DNA of 64,000 nt from Corallochytrium limacisporum Hawaii. Lineage: Eukaryota; Protista; Pluriformea. The position numbers and the translations under genes were made by a program. The notes under the pieces are model-generated. The model did not search any database. It was given only the letters and a program-made list of their open reading frames with translations, and was not told where the DNA came from. Shown here one piece after another: positions 1 through 11,451 of the stretch; the first letter of the stretch is position 1; every line of letters begins with the position of its first letter. The stretch covers positions 187,635 through 251,634 of the forward strand of contig PDIP01000012.1 of the NCBI GenBank assembly GCA_002811645.1. Reading direction: 5' to 3'.

Positions 1-1361
1 CGGTTGATAGAGACGGCACACGGGGAGCGGCCACCGAGGAAGATCAGGCGATACAACAAAACAAGAAGATGATGAGTTTCAGGGGGTAACAGTCCAAGGG
101 AACAGTCCAACCCTACGTGAGACTCGATCAACGGGAATTGTCCAATTCCTTTCTTCCTTATATTGCGGGTGACCGCAATGAGGGAGCGAAAAAGGCAAGA
201 TAAACTGTGAGTTATTCTTCCAAATATTAGCCGGTTCAGCGAGCCGCTCCCGTATTTTCCCCCGCGCCGGCGGGTTCGCTGTTGCCCGTTTGGCCCGTTG
301 TTGCCCTTGTTTGTATTCGGCCGTTATTCAGGGCCGGCGCGCACCCGAGGCCCCGGGGGCTCCCCCCCCTCCCCCGAACCCCCTCCCCTCCTCTTTCTTT
401 TTTCGTTCCCCAGCGGGAGGGGCCCCGCCCCGCTTCCCTCCTTGCTATGACCTAGAGAGTTCAGGCCCCCCCCCCAAAAANNNNNNNNNNNNNNNNNNNN
501 NNNNNNNNNNNNNNNNNNNNNNNNNNNNNNNNNNNNNNNNNNNNNNNNNNNNNNNNNNNNNNNNNNNNNNNNNNNNNNNNNNNNNNNNNNNNNNNNNNNN
601 NNNNNNNNNNNNNNNNNNNNNNNNNNNNNNNNNNNNNNNNNNNNNNNNNNNNNNNNNNNNNNNNNNNNNNNNNNNNNNNNNNNNNNNNNNNNNNNNAAAC
701 CTTCTTCCCCTCTCCCCCCCCCCTTCCGGGCCTCCCCACCTTCGCTCCCGTTTTTCTCTCGCGGAAATGTTCCTTGTTCGGTGCTGCCGTTTGGGGTGCG
801 TGCTGCCAACTCTAGAACAGTTGCCCCCTCTCTCTCCCTTTTCGTCGTTTCAGTCGGTCGCGGCCTTCATTGCGCTGCCGCAGCCTTGGCCCCGCTCGGA
901 GTTGGCGTAATAAAGAAAAGTCCGTATATCAGAGTTTTCTTCGACCGGTGGTAAAGCGTTTGATTAGTATGATTTCATAGTGATTAAAGTGGCTGGCGAA
1001 GGCGGCAGGGCATGCGTGTGTGTTGGGATCCCCCCACCCTACACGTCCAGAACAAAACTTCAGGTATCTACACAGTCTTTCCCGACTGTTCACCAGAAGG
1101 GGGGGGGGGCGGAGCCCACCGTGTACTGCACAATATGCAGCGACCGTAATTAATTCCATGGGGCAGTACGCGCATGTGCCAACCATTTCTGTCTTGTAGA
1201 TTCAACCGCTTTACATGATCAGGGCTCTGTGGGAACACTATTTAAGGAACTTAGAGAGCTCACAGTATTCATTTGTGATACGTTGGCAGACCATAAGGAG
1301 ACACACGGAGTAGGTTTGACTTAGAAGCATTTGACAATTACTTGTGGCAAATTTTGTAACC

Positions 1362-1877
1362 ATGAATTTCGAAAAAGCAGTATCCAATGCCCTGGACTCT
1401 GGGTCTGTGCAGCCCCAGAAGGACCGCAAGCCGGAAGTGCGCGGGAATTTGGACAACATCGGAAAGGACGTTGGGAATGATCAAGAGCTCGAAGAGGCCT
1501 GGGCCCGCAAGGCTTTCCTCCATGCCGAAAACTACGACACTCTGCTGAAGCTGCGCAAGGGATCCACCATTTCCCTGACCGACAACGACAACGAGATTAT
1601 CCACGCATTCCGTGAGGAGTTCCCGGACTTGGACGTGAAAAATCTCAAAGATTCGGATTTGAAGAGCGACGCGGCCAAGGAGAAGTGGCGTAAGTTCAGC
1701 GGGAAGGTGGAGGCCTTCGTAGATGACCATAATTACGGCACTCTGCTACGCCTCACCGCTGAGAAACCTGTCGATCAAGATAATTCCATCTTGCACTTCC
1801 GCAGCGGCTGGGTTGCTATTGAGGCTGTACGCAACCGGGAAGGCATGAATGACCATCTTTACGTAGGGTCTTGCTGA
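1362..1877 (+). CDS. PBDC1: PBDC1/YPL225W-like protein (polysaccharide biosynthesis domain)
   Basis: Family motifs ELEEAWARKAFLHAE, LTDNDNEIIHAFREEFPD, KEKWRKF, NYGTLLR and AIEAVRNREG. First ATG is at 1362 in context AACC-ATG; the ORF-track start at 1344 is GTG. Confidence 0.85.
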   Translation: MNFEKAVSNALDSGSVQPQKDRKPEVRGNLDNIGKDVGNDQELEEAWARKAFLHAENYDTLLKLRKGSTISLTDNDNEIIHAFREEFPDLDVKNLKDSDLKSDAAKEKWRKFSGKVEAFVDDHNYGTLLRLTAEKPVDQDNSILHFRSGWVAIEAVRNREGMNDHLYVGSC

Positions 1878-2018
1878 TAGGGTGCTGCCTAATCAATTAA
1901 AGAATCAAATCCTGTAGTTTGTATACCACGGTTGTAATCAATCGATATCAGAAATTTAGATGCTCTATGTTACATGTCACTTTGAATTGAAGGTGATCAC
2001 CGTCGCAGGAACAATACC

Positions 2019-3062
2019 TCATGATGATGAGCCGGGTTTGGTCCCGGGTGCAGTGCGTGGATCAGTTGGCTGCTGCTCAGCTTGCCGAATCTCCGCCAAG
2101 ATGTCTGCGGCGCCCATGCCAATCATATCCTGCGCCAATTTTTCGCCACACTGCTCAGCATCAGCTCGCGATGCTACTGTCCCAGTGACCGTGTGTCGGA
2201 CACTCTTTTTGCCATCGATACTGAACACTCCACCCGTCAAGGTCAGCTCGAAGCTTCCGGCGCCTTTCTCTAGTGCACTGTTCACTGCAACGGGCACAGA
2301 ACAGCCACCCTCAAGCGTGCGCATGAAGGCCCGTTCTGCATGGCACCGGAGCGCCGTCTCCTGACATTCCAGTACCTTGACGGCCTCTAGCGTTGTCAGG
2401 TCATCGGCACGGGTCTCAATTCCGAGGGCACCCTGACCGACTGCGTGTAGGCACTGATCACCGTTAAAATCTTGCGAAATGCGTTCTGACCACCCCATGC
2501 GTAGCACTCCTGCCTTTGCCAAGATAAGGGCATCGTACTGTGGATCATCTTCCTTATCAAGTTTAGCAAGACGCGTGTTTAAATTCCCACGGACATCTGT
2601 GAAGGTTACATCGGGCCTGAGGAGCCGAAGCTGTGCGACACGGCGCACCGAACTGCTGCCGATAGTAGATCCCGCTGGCAGGTCGTGGATTGTTTTGTAT
2701 TTGCCAATGTGCCGCTTCGCCAAAATCATAACATCTGCGGGGTCTTCACGCTCGGTGATTGCGCCGACGGTCATGTTCTCTGGCAGGGTGGTGGGGAGAT
2801 CCTTGAGAGAATGGACCACAAGGTCGACAGCTTTCTGCTCCAAGGCAATCTCCAGTTCTTTTGTAAAAAGTGACTTTTCACCAATCCTACTGAGCGCCCG
2901 ATCCAAGATCTTGTCACCAATGGTCTCCATGGTCTTAATCTCAATGGTGATATCATCTCCGTGGGCCTTCTGGAGCATGTCACGGACTTGGTGGGTCTGG
3001 ATCATGGCCAACTGGCTCTTACGCGAGCCAATGCGCAGTACCTTCTGGCCCTCCATTGTCAT
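2019..3062 (-). CDS. HMBS: Porphobilinogen deaminase (hydroxymethylbilane synthase)
   Basis: IGSRKSQLA, LFTKELE, VHSLKDLPT, GSSSVRR, VRGNLNTRL, AVGQGALG and LEGGCSVP (cofactor Cys). Confidence 0.98.
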   Translation of the reverse strand: MTMEGQKVLRIGSRKSQLAMIQTHQVRDMLQKAHGDDITIEIKTMETIGDKILDRALSRIGEKSLFTKELEIALEQKAVDLVVHSLKDLPTTLPENMTVGAITEREDPADVMILAKRHIGKYKTIHDLPAGSTIGSSSVRRVAQLRLLRPDVTFTDVRGNLNTRLAKLDKEDDPQYDALILAKAGVLRMGWSERISQDFNGDQCLHAVGQGALGIETRADDLTTLEAVKVLECQETALRCHAERAFMRTLEGGCSVPVAVNSALEKGAGSFELTLTGGVFSIDGKKSVRHTVTGTVASRADAEQCGEKLAQDMIGMGAADILAEIRQAEQQPTDPRTAPGTKPGSSS

Positions 3063-3877
3063 TCTTGTGTCTTTTTTTTGCGTATCTTGCTAGTTGATTT
3101 CAAATGTACTAAATTCAAATGGTATAGTCAGCGTACCATAGCGATTTTCACTTCTACGGTGCTTAAATCTGCTATATCAGGACCAAGAAACTATGTCTCG
3201 CCTTGTCCACGCGGGTGATGCCCTCGTAACCCACACTCATGAGAGTGCTTGAACATTCTGAAATACCCCAAAAAAGGCTTAAAGCAGTCTAATGCCTCTG
3301 AACACGCCATACTCTTTCACACTAGAAACCCTGCAGAAACAATGAACCCGGAGAGCAGTATCCAATTGTGCTCCCTTGGTTCGAAACGACCTGGAGATGG
3401 AATGCCTCGGAGTCTCGTGGTGCGGTGGGAAGAGCCCTTTCGGAGATCACCACCCCTCCGCACTCTTTTCATAACCGACACCAACCGCTGCGCCCACCCC
3501 CCCCAACCCCAACGTACCCCTCTTTCAAATATTTTCTTCCTCCGTGCAGCTCACCATTAATAAAAATGGGCCCCGGTTCCCCAGGACGGGCGAAGCCGGT
3601 GATTGATGATCATCAAAGAGTGCAAGTACGCATACAAGCCGTGACATGGAACAGCTCTCGTAATGGATAACACATGCCCTACAATCTAGTCAACTGATCA
3701 TTTATATTTTCATTTATATACATAAAATGGAAAGTGAATCAAAAGGTTTGTAAAGATCATAGGTCTAGCCTTCCCCTTTTCTCTAAAGATCGGCGATGAC
3801 TACTGAACAAAGAGAAGGTACAAGACTGATTAATACAGGCTCTATCTGGCTGCTAGATTATTGCTTTGAGAGGTTCT

Positions 3878-5119
3878 TTAGGCGAACTGGGCAGCAAGGT
3901 GACGAGAGATAATCAGACGTTGGATCTGGGCAGTACCTTCGTAGATTTGGAAGATCTTGGCATCGCGCATCAACTTCTCCACAGGGTACTCAGAGTTGAA
4001 TCCGTTACCGCCAAAGATCTGCACGGCGTCTGTGGCGTTCTTGTTGGCAACGTCAGCAGCCATGGCCTTAGCCAGAGAGGCGTAGTAGGTGTTGCGGCGC
4101 CCAGCATCAATCTCGACCGCAGACTTGTAAGTCAGCAGACGGGAGGCCTCAACGCCGATGGCCATATCCGCGAGCATGGCACCAACGGCCTGGTGATTGA
4201 TCAGGGGAGTGCCAAAAGTCTTGCGCTCTAGAGAGTACTTCATAGCCTCCTCCAGAGCACGGCGTCCAACACCGACGGCTCCAGAAGCTACCAACGGACG
4301 GGTCTTGTCGAAGGCACCCATTGCAATCTTGAAGCCGATACCGACGTCAGACAGACGGTTCTCGTCAGGGACTTCGACATCCTCAAAGGTAATACCACGT
4401 GTATCGGAGGCACGCTGGCCCATGTTCCATTCCTTGCGGCCCAAGGTGATACCGGGACTGTCGGCGTCCACGATGAATCCGGTCATCGCCTTACCAGCAG
4501 AGGCGTTGGCGTCAGTCTTAGCCAGCACAAAGAACCAGTTGGCCACTCCACCGTTGGTGATCCACATCTTCTGTCCGTTAATAATCCACTTGTCGCCCTT
4601 CTTCTCAGCCTTGGTCTTGATACCAGCCACGTCGGAGCCGGCACCCGGTTCGGTAACAGCGTAGGCAGCCATAATGGGCTCCTCAATCAACCGACCGAGG
4701 TACTTCTTCTGCTGCTCCGGAGAGCCAGCCAGTAGAACGGGAGAGGTAGCCAGAGTATTGCCCTCAGCGGCGGTGGAGATACCGGAGCAACCGTACGCAA
4801 GCTCTTCACCCAGAATGCAACCCTCGAGAATTCCGAGGCCGAGACCACCAGCGTGCTCGGGGACGTGAGTGTTCAAGATACCCAAAGCGTGCATTTTCTT
4901 AATGATTTCCCAGGGATACTCACCAGTCTTGTCGTGGTGTGGGGCAGCGGGAATGACCTCGTCCCGCACAAACTTGCGGGCAGTCTCCTGGAACTCCTTC
5001 TGGTCGCTGGAGAGCTCGAAAGAGACACCGGACATGGCACGCCGGGTGGCCATAGCCAGGGCAGGAGCAGCCACGGAGGCGCGCCTGGAGACCAAGGGGA
5101 CGCGAGACAGCAGAGACAT
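3878..5119 (-). CDS. ACADM: Medium-chain acyl-CoA dehydrogenase, mitochondrial
   Basis: [44 protein letters not shown] and [17 protein letters not shown] at 5119 (GCAAAC-ATG) opens an Arg/Ser/Ala-rich presequence [13 protein letters not shown]; the ORF-track extension lies in a probable leader intron. Confidence 0.97.
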   Translation of the reverse strand: MSLLSRVPLVSRRASVAAPALAMATRRAMSGVSFELSSDQKEFQETARKFVRDEVIPAAPHHDKTGEYPWEIIKKMHALGILNTHVPEHAGGLGLGILEGCILGEELAYGCSGISTAAEGNTLATSPVLLAGSPEQQKKYLGRLIEEPIMAAYAVTEPGAGSDVAGIKTKAEKKGDKWIINGQKMWITNGGVANWFFVLAKTDANASAGKAMTGFIVDADSPGITLGRKEWNMGQRASDTRGITFEDVEVPDENRLSDVGIGFKIAMGAFDKTRPLVASGAVGVGRRALEEAMKYSLERKTFGTPLINHQAVGAMLADMAIGVEASRLLTYKSAVEIDAGRRNTYYASLAKAMAADVANKNATDAVQIFGGNGFNSEYPVEKLMRDAKIFQIYEGTAQIQRLIISRHLAAQFA

Positions 5120-5183
5120 GTTTGCTATAAGATGAATTTCTTGTTTATGCCCAAACAAATAAACCTTGAGAGTTTGTAGATCG

Positions 5184-5270
5184 CTGTTATGGTATCTTGA
5201 CCCATTGAGCTCAAATAGGAAGGCAGTGTTAGTGTAAGGGTGATTTGCTTGATCTAAAGATAGAACATAC
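5184..5270 (-). other. Candidate 5'-UTR intron of ACADM
   Basis: Donor GTATGT at 5270, branch CACTAAC at 5234-5228, first YAG (CAG) ending 5184; alternative TAG ending 5125. Confidence 0.6.
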
Positions 5271-8200
5271 AAGTGCTACATCACCGTCGACCAACAAGCA
5301 CAAAGACACTCTGTGCCGCAAACTGACTCCGAATAGATAATCTGACAGTAACGTTTGCAATGCAGTAGAAAAACCAAAGAGGAACTGAACAGCTACATCA
5401 AGAACACTACACACCAATAAGAACCGCAGAACAGACTGGTAGGACCGCCCGTCGTCTCCCGTGCGCTGGTAGCGGCTCAACGAGGAGAAACATTGCCGTT
5501 GCCGCACAACTGTAGACCTACAAAGTTGCGATCCTCCACCTAAAGATCTCGCTAACTATTTCCGCTGAACCACCCACGCTCAAGTAGAGAATGGCTGCCC
5601 TCCACGTAGGGCAAAGCATTTCAAGATGCACAGGCAGATTTTGATGGATGATACGGTGGCGAAAATCACGTTGAACAGGGCCAGGTGTGCAACTACCAAA
5701 TTCCCGGGCGTGCCTACCAGACCGCACAACCGGACGGATTGCAGACCCTGGACTGTGTGTCCCCACCTCCTGCCCATGTGTTTCATGCGTCGATGGAACT
5801 CAGCGAGCACACAGGTAATAGAACACGGCCTAGGTTTAGACAGACCATTGACGTAAACTCGACTACAATCGAAACTCAGGGAATGTTTTCAATTTTGGTT
5901 TGCAACAGTTGTTGCTTGTAGTAGCGGAGCATCAAGTAGAATTACGGCTGGCTGCTAAAGGGTGCGCTCTGTAGGTTTCCAGAGGAGGTGCAGTGGATGC
6001 AGCAGAAAGGAACCTACAAAACAATTCAAGACATGCTGGAATTGGGCTCGGTTCGATGACATCCCCTCCTTTTCCGGATTTCACGCCGCCTTGCGACCGT
6101 GCGCTCACCCGTACAAAATTTATGAACGTCCAAGTCCAGCAGGAGTGGTGCTAAAAGCAGGTCTGGGACGGGGAATTTTCGTTCTACTCGTCCCTCTGAG
6201 ATCGCTTGCTCCGCGGAAAAGTGGAAGAAAACTTGGAGACGACACCATGATTGAGGAGGCGACCTGTTGGGCCGGCGGGCGGTGCGGTCCACCGACAGGT
6301 GTTCAGCTGGACCAACCAGAAGGCATATTTGCGACTCCTGGCCCAACCCTAAATGAAACTCCGTAACAGTCTTTCATCCTCAGGCTCTGATGGGACTTAC
6401 TTCTTGGTCATCCTCGAAAGTGTTACAAGCCGGCGAGGACAGTACGGTTCCGGTACGACGGGCTGAAGAAGTGCGACATATGAGGGGCCTACAGACTTGG
6501 ACATAAGGCATCCGTAGATTCAGCACCCGGACAGAATGCGACGAGCTCTCGAAACGAGCCGTTTAGTGCTAGATTTGTCAGGCCCTATCCCATTGCTCGC
6601 TCTTGCACGGCGTGCGCCTTATACCGCGGAGGACCGACTCGGACCCAACTTTTGGCGTGAAAATTTAAAACTTTACGTATATAGAATTTACGATTTTTGT
6701 GCTTTTATATATTGTTTAACTATCGGCAGGAAACATTTCAAAGTCTCTACGCAAACGAGGTCACAATGGCCTAGATTCGAATATGATACGCGGTGAGAAT
6801 TGGATTTAATATACCTTTACTCCACGGAGCATCGTGAAAGAGTCCACGCGGAAAATTGACCCAATCAGGCATGTCTGTATACCTATTTAAGAAATTGACA
6901 GTTTTGTAGGGCCAGGGGCTGTTGAAGGATACATCCTTCGTTCGTGTAAACCAGTGGCGTTTGAAAAGGATGGCAACGGCTCAGCTGTAGAGCGTTTCGA
7001 CTACATCGTAGAGGACTATAGAAGACTGTCTCATCGAGATCAGACCTCAAATCCATTGGGATCTCCACACTCAATCAGTTTACGGTGGTCGGATACACTT
7101 GCATGGCCATGCACATTATAGATGGTAATGACTCGAGCACATCAATAATGGTGCAGCATGGCGCTTGCCATGCTAAGGATGTACACAGCAGTCGCAAGCC
7201 CTGGTATCCCTGGTGCTGAGGTCCTGACCTGGGATCAGGTGCTTACAATTATGCGACTCGTCAAAGCCACAGACAAGCCCATCTTCCTTCCACTATGAAA
7301 GTTTTTCAGTGACCCTTTGACGAGTACCATCATGCGCAGAGATAAAGATGAGGGTCTCGGCAGGGACACTCTGGTACCCGGAACATGAATTCAATTCGTT
7401 GGCATAGCGCCGTGATCAAATTGCGAATCTACCCAATGATTACGAACAGCATAGAACCAACCGGCCGTGACCGACCGCTCGCCATTGGGAGCATTGGCGA
7501 AGAGGCCGCTAGCGTACTTACAAAGATATGATTTTCTTTCAGCAGTTTGTATGGCTTGAAATCATCCACTAGAATGTATTGACAAGTGAGTCACGTATTG
7601 CTCTTTGGCATACATAAACTATGATGTTAACTAACTAGCCATTTTCCTGTGGAACAATCTTACCATCGTAGAGCTTAAAGGGCTCTCATCGGGGCATTCT
7701 CGACCATCTCATATGACCTTCATATCACCACAACAGCATATTCTTTGTGGCGCTATCTGCGGACAAATTCACGTCACGAACTAGAAAGAAAATACACAAA
7801 CACGGACACCGTGTGCGAAGGGTATGAGCACAGATTTAGCCGGGCGGGAACAGCGGTCATGAGCCAACTTGGACCAAACTCCATACTTAGCCAACCTGCA
7901 ACCAAACGAGCCAAGAAAAATGGAGTGATGCACATGAACGGCTTGTAAAGAAGGACACACAGGCAGGACTCAATGGACGTGGTAACGGCCGGGATGGCGC
8001 ATTCCATAGCTATAGACCAGCACATTAAATATGAATTCGAGTCCAAGGAAAAATCCCAGGGGGTGGGGAGGGGGAGGCTGAGGGGAGCCTCCTCCCCAAA
8101 TTCCTTGTTCCCGTTCCACGTTTAAACGATGAGCAATATTCCTGTGAGGTCTTCTCCACCGAACCCCTTTTCGTTCTCGTACACACACACACACACAAGC

Positions 8201-8826
8201 AATTCCGAGGTTTGCGGTTTTTGCCTGCGAAAAATAGCTATATGTTTAGTACTACGCAATGTTCCAGAAGGACGCTCAACTGCGACTGGGCGGGGTGTCA
8301 CATGTGCGAAAAGAGGTCCCGCGGGGTGATGGGAGTAATGGCAGCGGCGAATTCGTAGCAAACAGGACCACAGTCTCTCTGTCTGTCGGAACGGTTGTCT
8401 GTGGCACGGCAGCGTCCGGAGGTATGAAACCTACGGGACCAGGGAACGCGGAAGGGAGGACGCTGAAGGGGACGAAGAGGAGGAGTGCCCAGGAGGAAAC
8501 AAGGGGAAGCAGGGGACGGGGGAAGGAAGGAAGGAGGGGAGGGGGCAACAGTCGGAAGTGCGAGTTTCTTGTTGAAACCGCACCCCTTTGGTCATCTTTC
8601 TTTGCCAAGCTGGAATACGCTTCTGGTTTCTCACCAAATAGGCCCGATACGGGCCCATCACCTGAGCAGTTGCGGGTTGCGATACTGGTATTCTGTGTCG
8701 GGTGACAAATAGGGTATTGAGGTGACAGGAGTGTAGCCAGGCTATTTAGAGTAGCCGAATATGAATGCCTCTGCTGGCATTGGCCTGGAAAGGAAATATA
8801 AGTCTAGGATTGGCAATCAGTTGATC

Positions 8827-9756
8827 ATGCCTCCACACACACACAAAGTAGGCGAGGAGGTGTACACCTTCCGGGAACTTTTAGACACAGACAAGTCTGA
8901 CGTGGCTGAGATCAGCAAGAACATTTACAATGGACTGGACTATATGATTCCGAACTACGAAAACTTGCTGAGCAACCCAGATATTGACTGGAGTGCATTA
9001 GTGAGCCCAGCGCATAACAACAAGGTGCTGGCACTAGTAGGTATGCGCTATATTGATCACGGCGAAACTGTAACAGTGATAGCTCTGCGGGTCCATGAGG
9101 ACTTCGGCGGACGCGGATTGGCCCAGAAACTGGTCAATTGGGTCCTAAGTAATCTGCCAGAGCACCGAGCCAGGGATTTGAAACTGATCCGTGCAGTCTG
9201 CCAAAACGACAGCGTATCACAGCACATCTTCACCAACCGATTCAATTTCGAAAAGCATAACCTGAGCTACTTCGCGGCTATTCTATGGAGCGATCTCACA
9301 GAACAGCACATTGACGAGCTTGAAGAGTACAAGACCGAAACCGTTGCACGCGTGGACGATGTCGATAAAGAACAGATAATTCGAAAGATTCGACAACTGG
9401 GATATGATTTCCTTGACCTTGACTGGGTGCCCTACGCGCACATGGAGGAGACACCTCTTTGGAAAGCGGAGCGGGTCTTCGCGATCGAAGGACCGGAGAC
9501 CATCTCCCACGCCTCACTCGAGACCAAGATGGTCGGTAAACAGCTAGTCGCGACAGTCTACGCCAGCGAAAATGCAAAAGTAGAAGAAATCATCGCCCAC
9601 CTGCAACAGATGTATCATTTAGGACAGGAGCTTGGTTCAGTTGGGGCGCAATTGATTTTGCCTGATCAGGCACGGGAGGCTCTGGACCAGCACTTCTCCG
9701 GCATCTACGCCATGGCCAAGCCAAAGCGAATTACACAAAGGGCTTACAAGGTTTAG
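8827..9756 (+). CDS. GNAT acetyltransferase, NAT16/histidine N-acetyltransferase-like
   Basis: ISKNIYNGLDYM resembles the NAT16/HISAT N-terminal motif; acetyl-CoA motif A is LRVHEDFGGRGLA. Start could be 8761 or 8827. Confidence 0.75.
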   Translation: MPPHTHKVGEEVYTFRELLDTDKSDVAEISKNIYNGLDYMIPNYENLLSNPDIDWSALVSPAHNNKVLALVGMRYIDHGETVTVIALRVHEDFGGRGLAQKLVNWVLSNLPEHRARDLKLIRAVCQNDSVSQHIFTNRFNFEKHNLSYFAAILWSDLTEQHIDELEEYKTETVARVDDVDKEQIIRKIRQLGYDFLDLDWVPYAHMEETPLWKAERVFAIEGPETISHASLETKMVGKQLVATVYASENAKVEEIIAHLQQMYHLGQELGSVGAQLILPDQAREALDQHFSGIYAMAKPKRITQRAYKV

Positions 9757-9831
9757 GTAAGTTCGTGCTAGATGTATTGTTAGAATATAGTTACAGTTCT
9801 CGTTCTTATGTATTACACTAAATGTTAAAGT

Positions 9832-11106
9832 TCAATATGATATGGGATCGTTGGATGGATACATCAAGGCGTAGGTCAAACCCAGTTCAACTAGGCTGAT
9901 TGCGGCAATCATGGGCATTCCCAGTGCCATATTGTTGCGGTCTGCAACTTCTGTGCCAGCATCAATGTCTTCATCACGTTCTTCAGACATGATCTTCGGG
10001 ACTTCGTCACCCTGCTCCACCTCAGACTTCGACTCACTCCATAAGGTAGAGTCAAGACACATAGTGGCGTCGGTTTCTATTGTCGTCTCGGTCATTCACT
10101 CCAGTGATTCAATCAACCTACATAATGCAGTCGCAGTTCTCGCGCACTCTCAGACCGGTCTTAATACTGCTTTCTTACCAACCATAGAAGAGTCACTTTT
10201 GTAATGTTCATGCCTCGTTTCCTCAAGTACCTATGATGGTACCCCAGATCTCTTCATTTTTGGGTTGCCCCAAGCGATCTAACCCGCCGTTTCTGGGGAC
10301 GATACAAACTCCAGAAATTAGAGTCCAAGAATCTTGTCTTGGAACTTGAGAACCTCCATTGAGGCCGTTCCCATCCCTACGGCCAAAAAACCATCGATTT
10401 GGAGCGTCTCCCCAATTAAAGTGATGCAAAGGACCCGCAGAGAAAGGTGGGCACGGCGGCAAATGAACTCAAGCCCCCCTTCAAACCCGCCAGCCCCTTG
10501 AACCCGCCTTTCTCCTTGGGGTTCGCTTGGGGCCCGGTCCCAAAAATCTTTTGGGCCTTCGTTGCAGCCAGGAGCTTCCAGCCCAGATGCCCCGAGAAGG
10601 AAAAGGGCCCCAAAATTTTCCACCGAGGGAACAGTGAGGCGAGGAAAGCTGGATAGACGGCCACTGCCCCTAAGAAAAGTGGACGCAGGGGGATGGCCTA
10701 GGCGGGGCATTATTTGGGTACTGACCCGCCCCTGTCTGCCTCGCCCATTTTTTTTTGGGGCCCCCGCAGGATTTTGTCCTTTGGGATCCGGCTCCCTTTG
10801 CACGCTCACCAGCGCCACAGACGAGAGACGTATGAGTGCGTACTGCTTAACTCGTATGTCGCCAACGGCGGCACCTGAGAAACGCTACTTCTCCAACAAA
10901 GCTACCGGGTGCCCGGGGGCAACATGTCTATATAGGAGCATCTCTGGTAGCAAGTTGACAGGTGTGAAGGAAGCGTTGATGAAGGAGCTTGCTAGGGAAG
11001 ACAACGGTATGAATTCCAGAGACAGACATGGTCACTGCGCCAGTACAGCGGTCTCAGTGTGCAACTTTTCGGGATGCTCGAGGATGTCTGCCGCGGCTGC
11101 CTTGGG
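9832..11106 (-). pseudogene. Possible decayed gene of unknown family with a C-terminal hydrophobic segment
   Basis: ORFs 10318..10818 and 9832..10095 and the upstream stretch share one frame: about 425 codons with 7 internal stops. No family recognised. Confidence 0.3.
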
Positions 11107-11451
11107 CTAATGAGAGGTTAATTGGGGTGTAACATGGAAAATATAGAATTGTACGTGAGACTCGTGGGTTCATGGTTTGGAAGTTGTCCCTAGTTGGGTC
11201 TTGAGGAGACCTCGTTTGACGGGACACTGGCACTCACAGTCGCCAGAAGCTACAGGGACGATGCGGGCTTTTCTCTATATTTGGGGACGAGTGATGTACT
11301 GCCCGTTCTCTGGGGCAGGAGTGAAATCCGTGTGCCCCTGGGCGATTGATTGTGGTTCCCTTGGACAAGTGGCCCACCGACGAGAGAAAATCTATGACCT
11401 CGTTACACCAAACCTGGGTATGGGGTAATAGATCCCACAGTCAAACATTTA

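Noticed and set aside
290-910. ORFs spanning N-gaps (also 11534-12722 alternative frames and 60909-61636)
   Set aside because: Open only because of Ns or microsatellites; no protein signal apart from the transposase frame.
5120-5272. ORF-track N-terminal extensions of ACADM, cytochrome c (23017-23115) and C1-THF synthase (30406-30510)
   Set aside because: No homology; they fall in probable leader or intron sequence, and better-context ATGs lie downstream.
9757-9830. GTAAGT immediately after the GNAT stop codon as a 3'-UTR intron
   Set aside because: Branch and acceptor are weak (CACTAAA...AAG); not supportable without transcripts.
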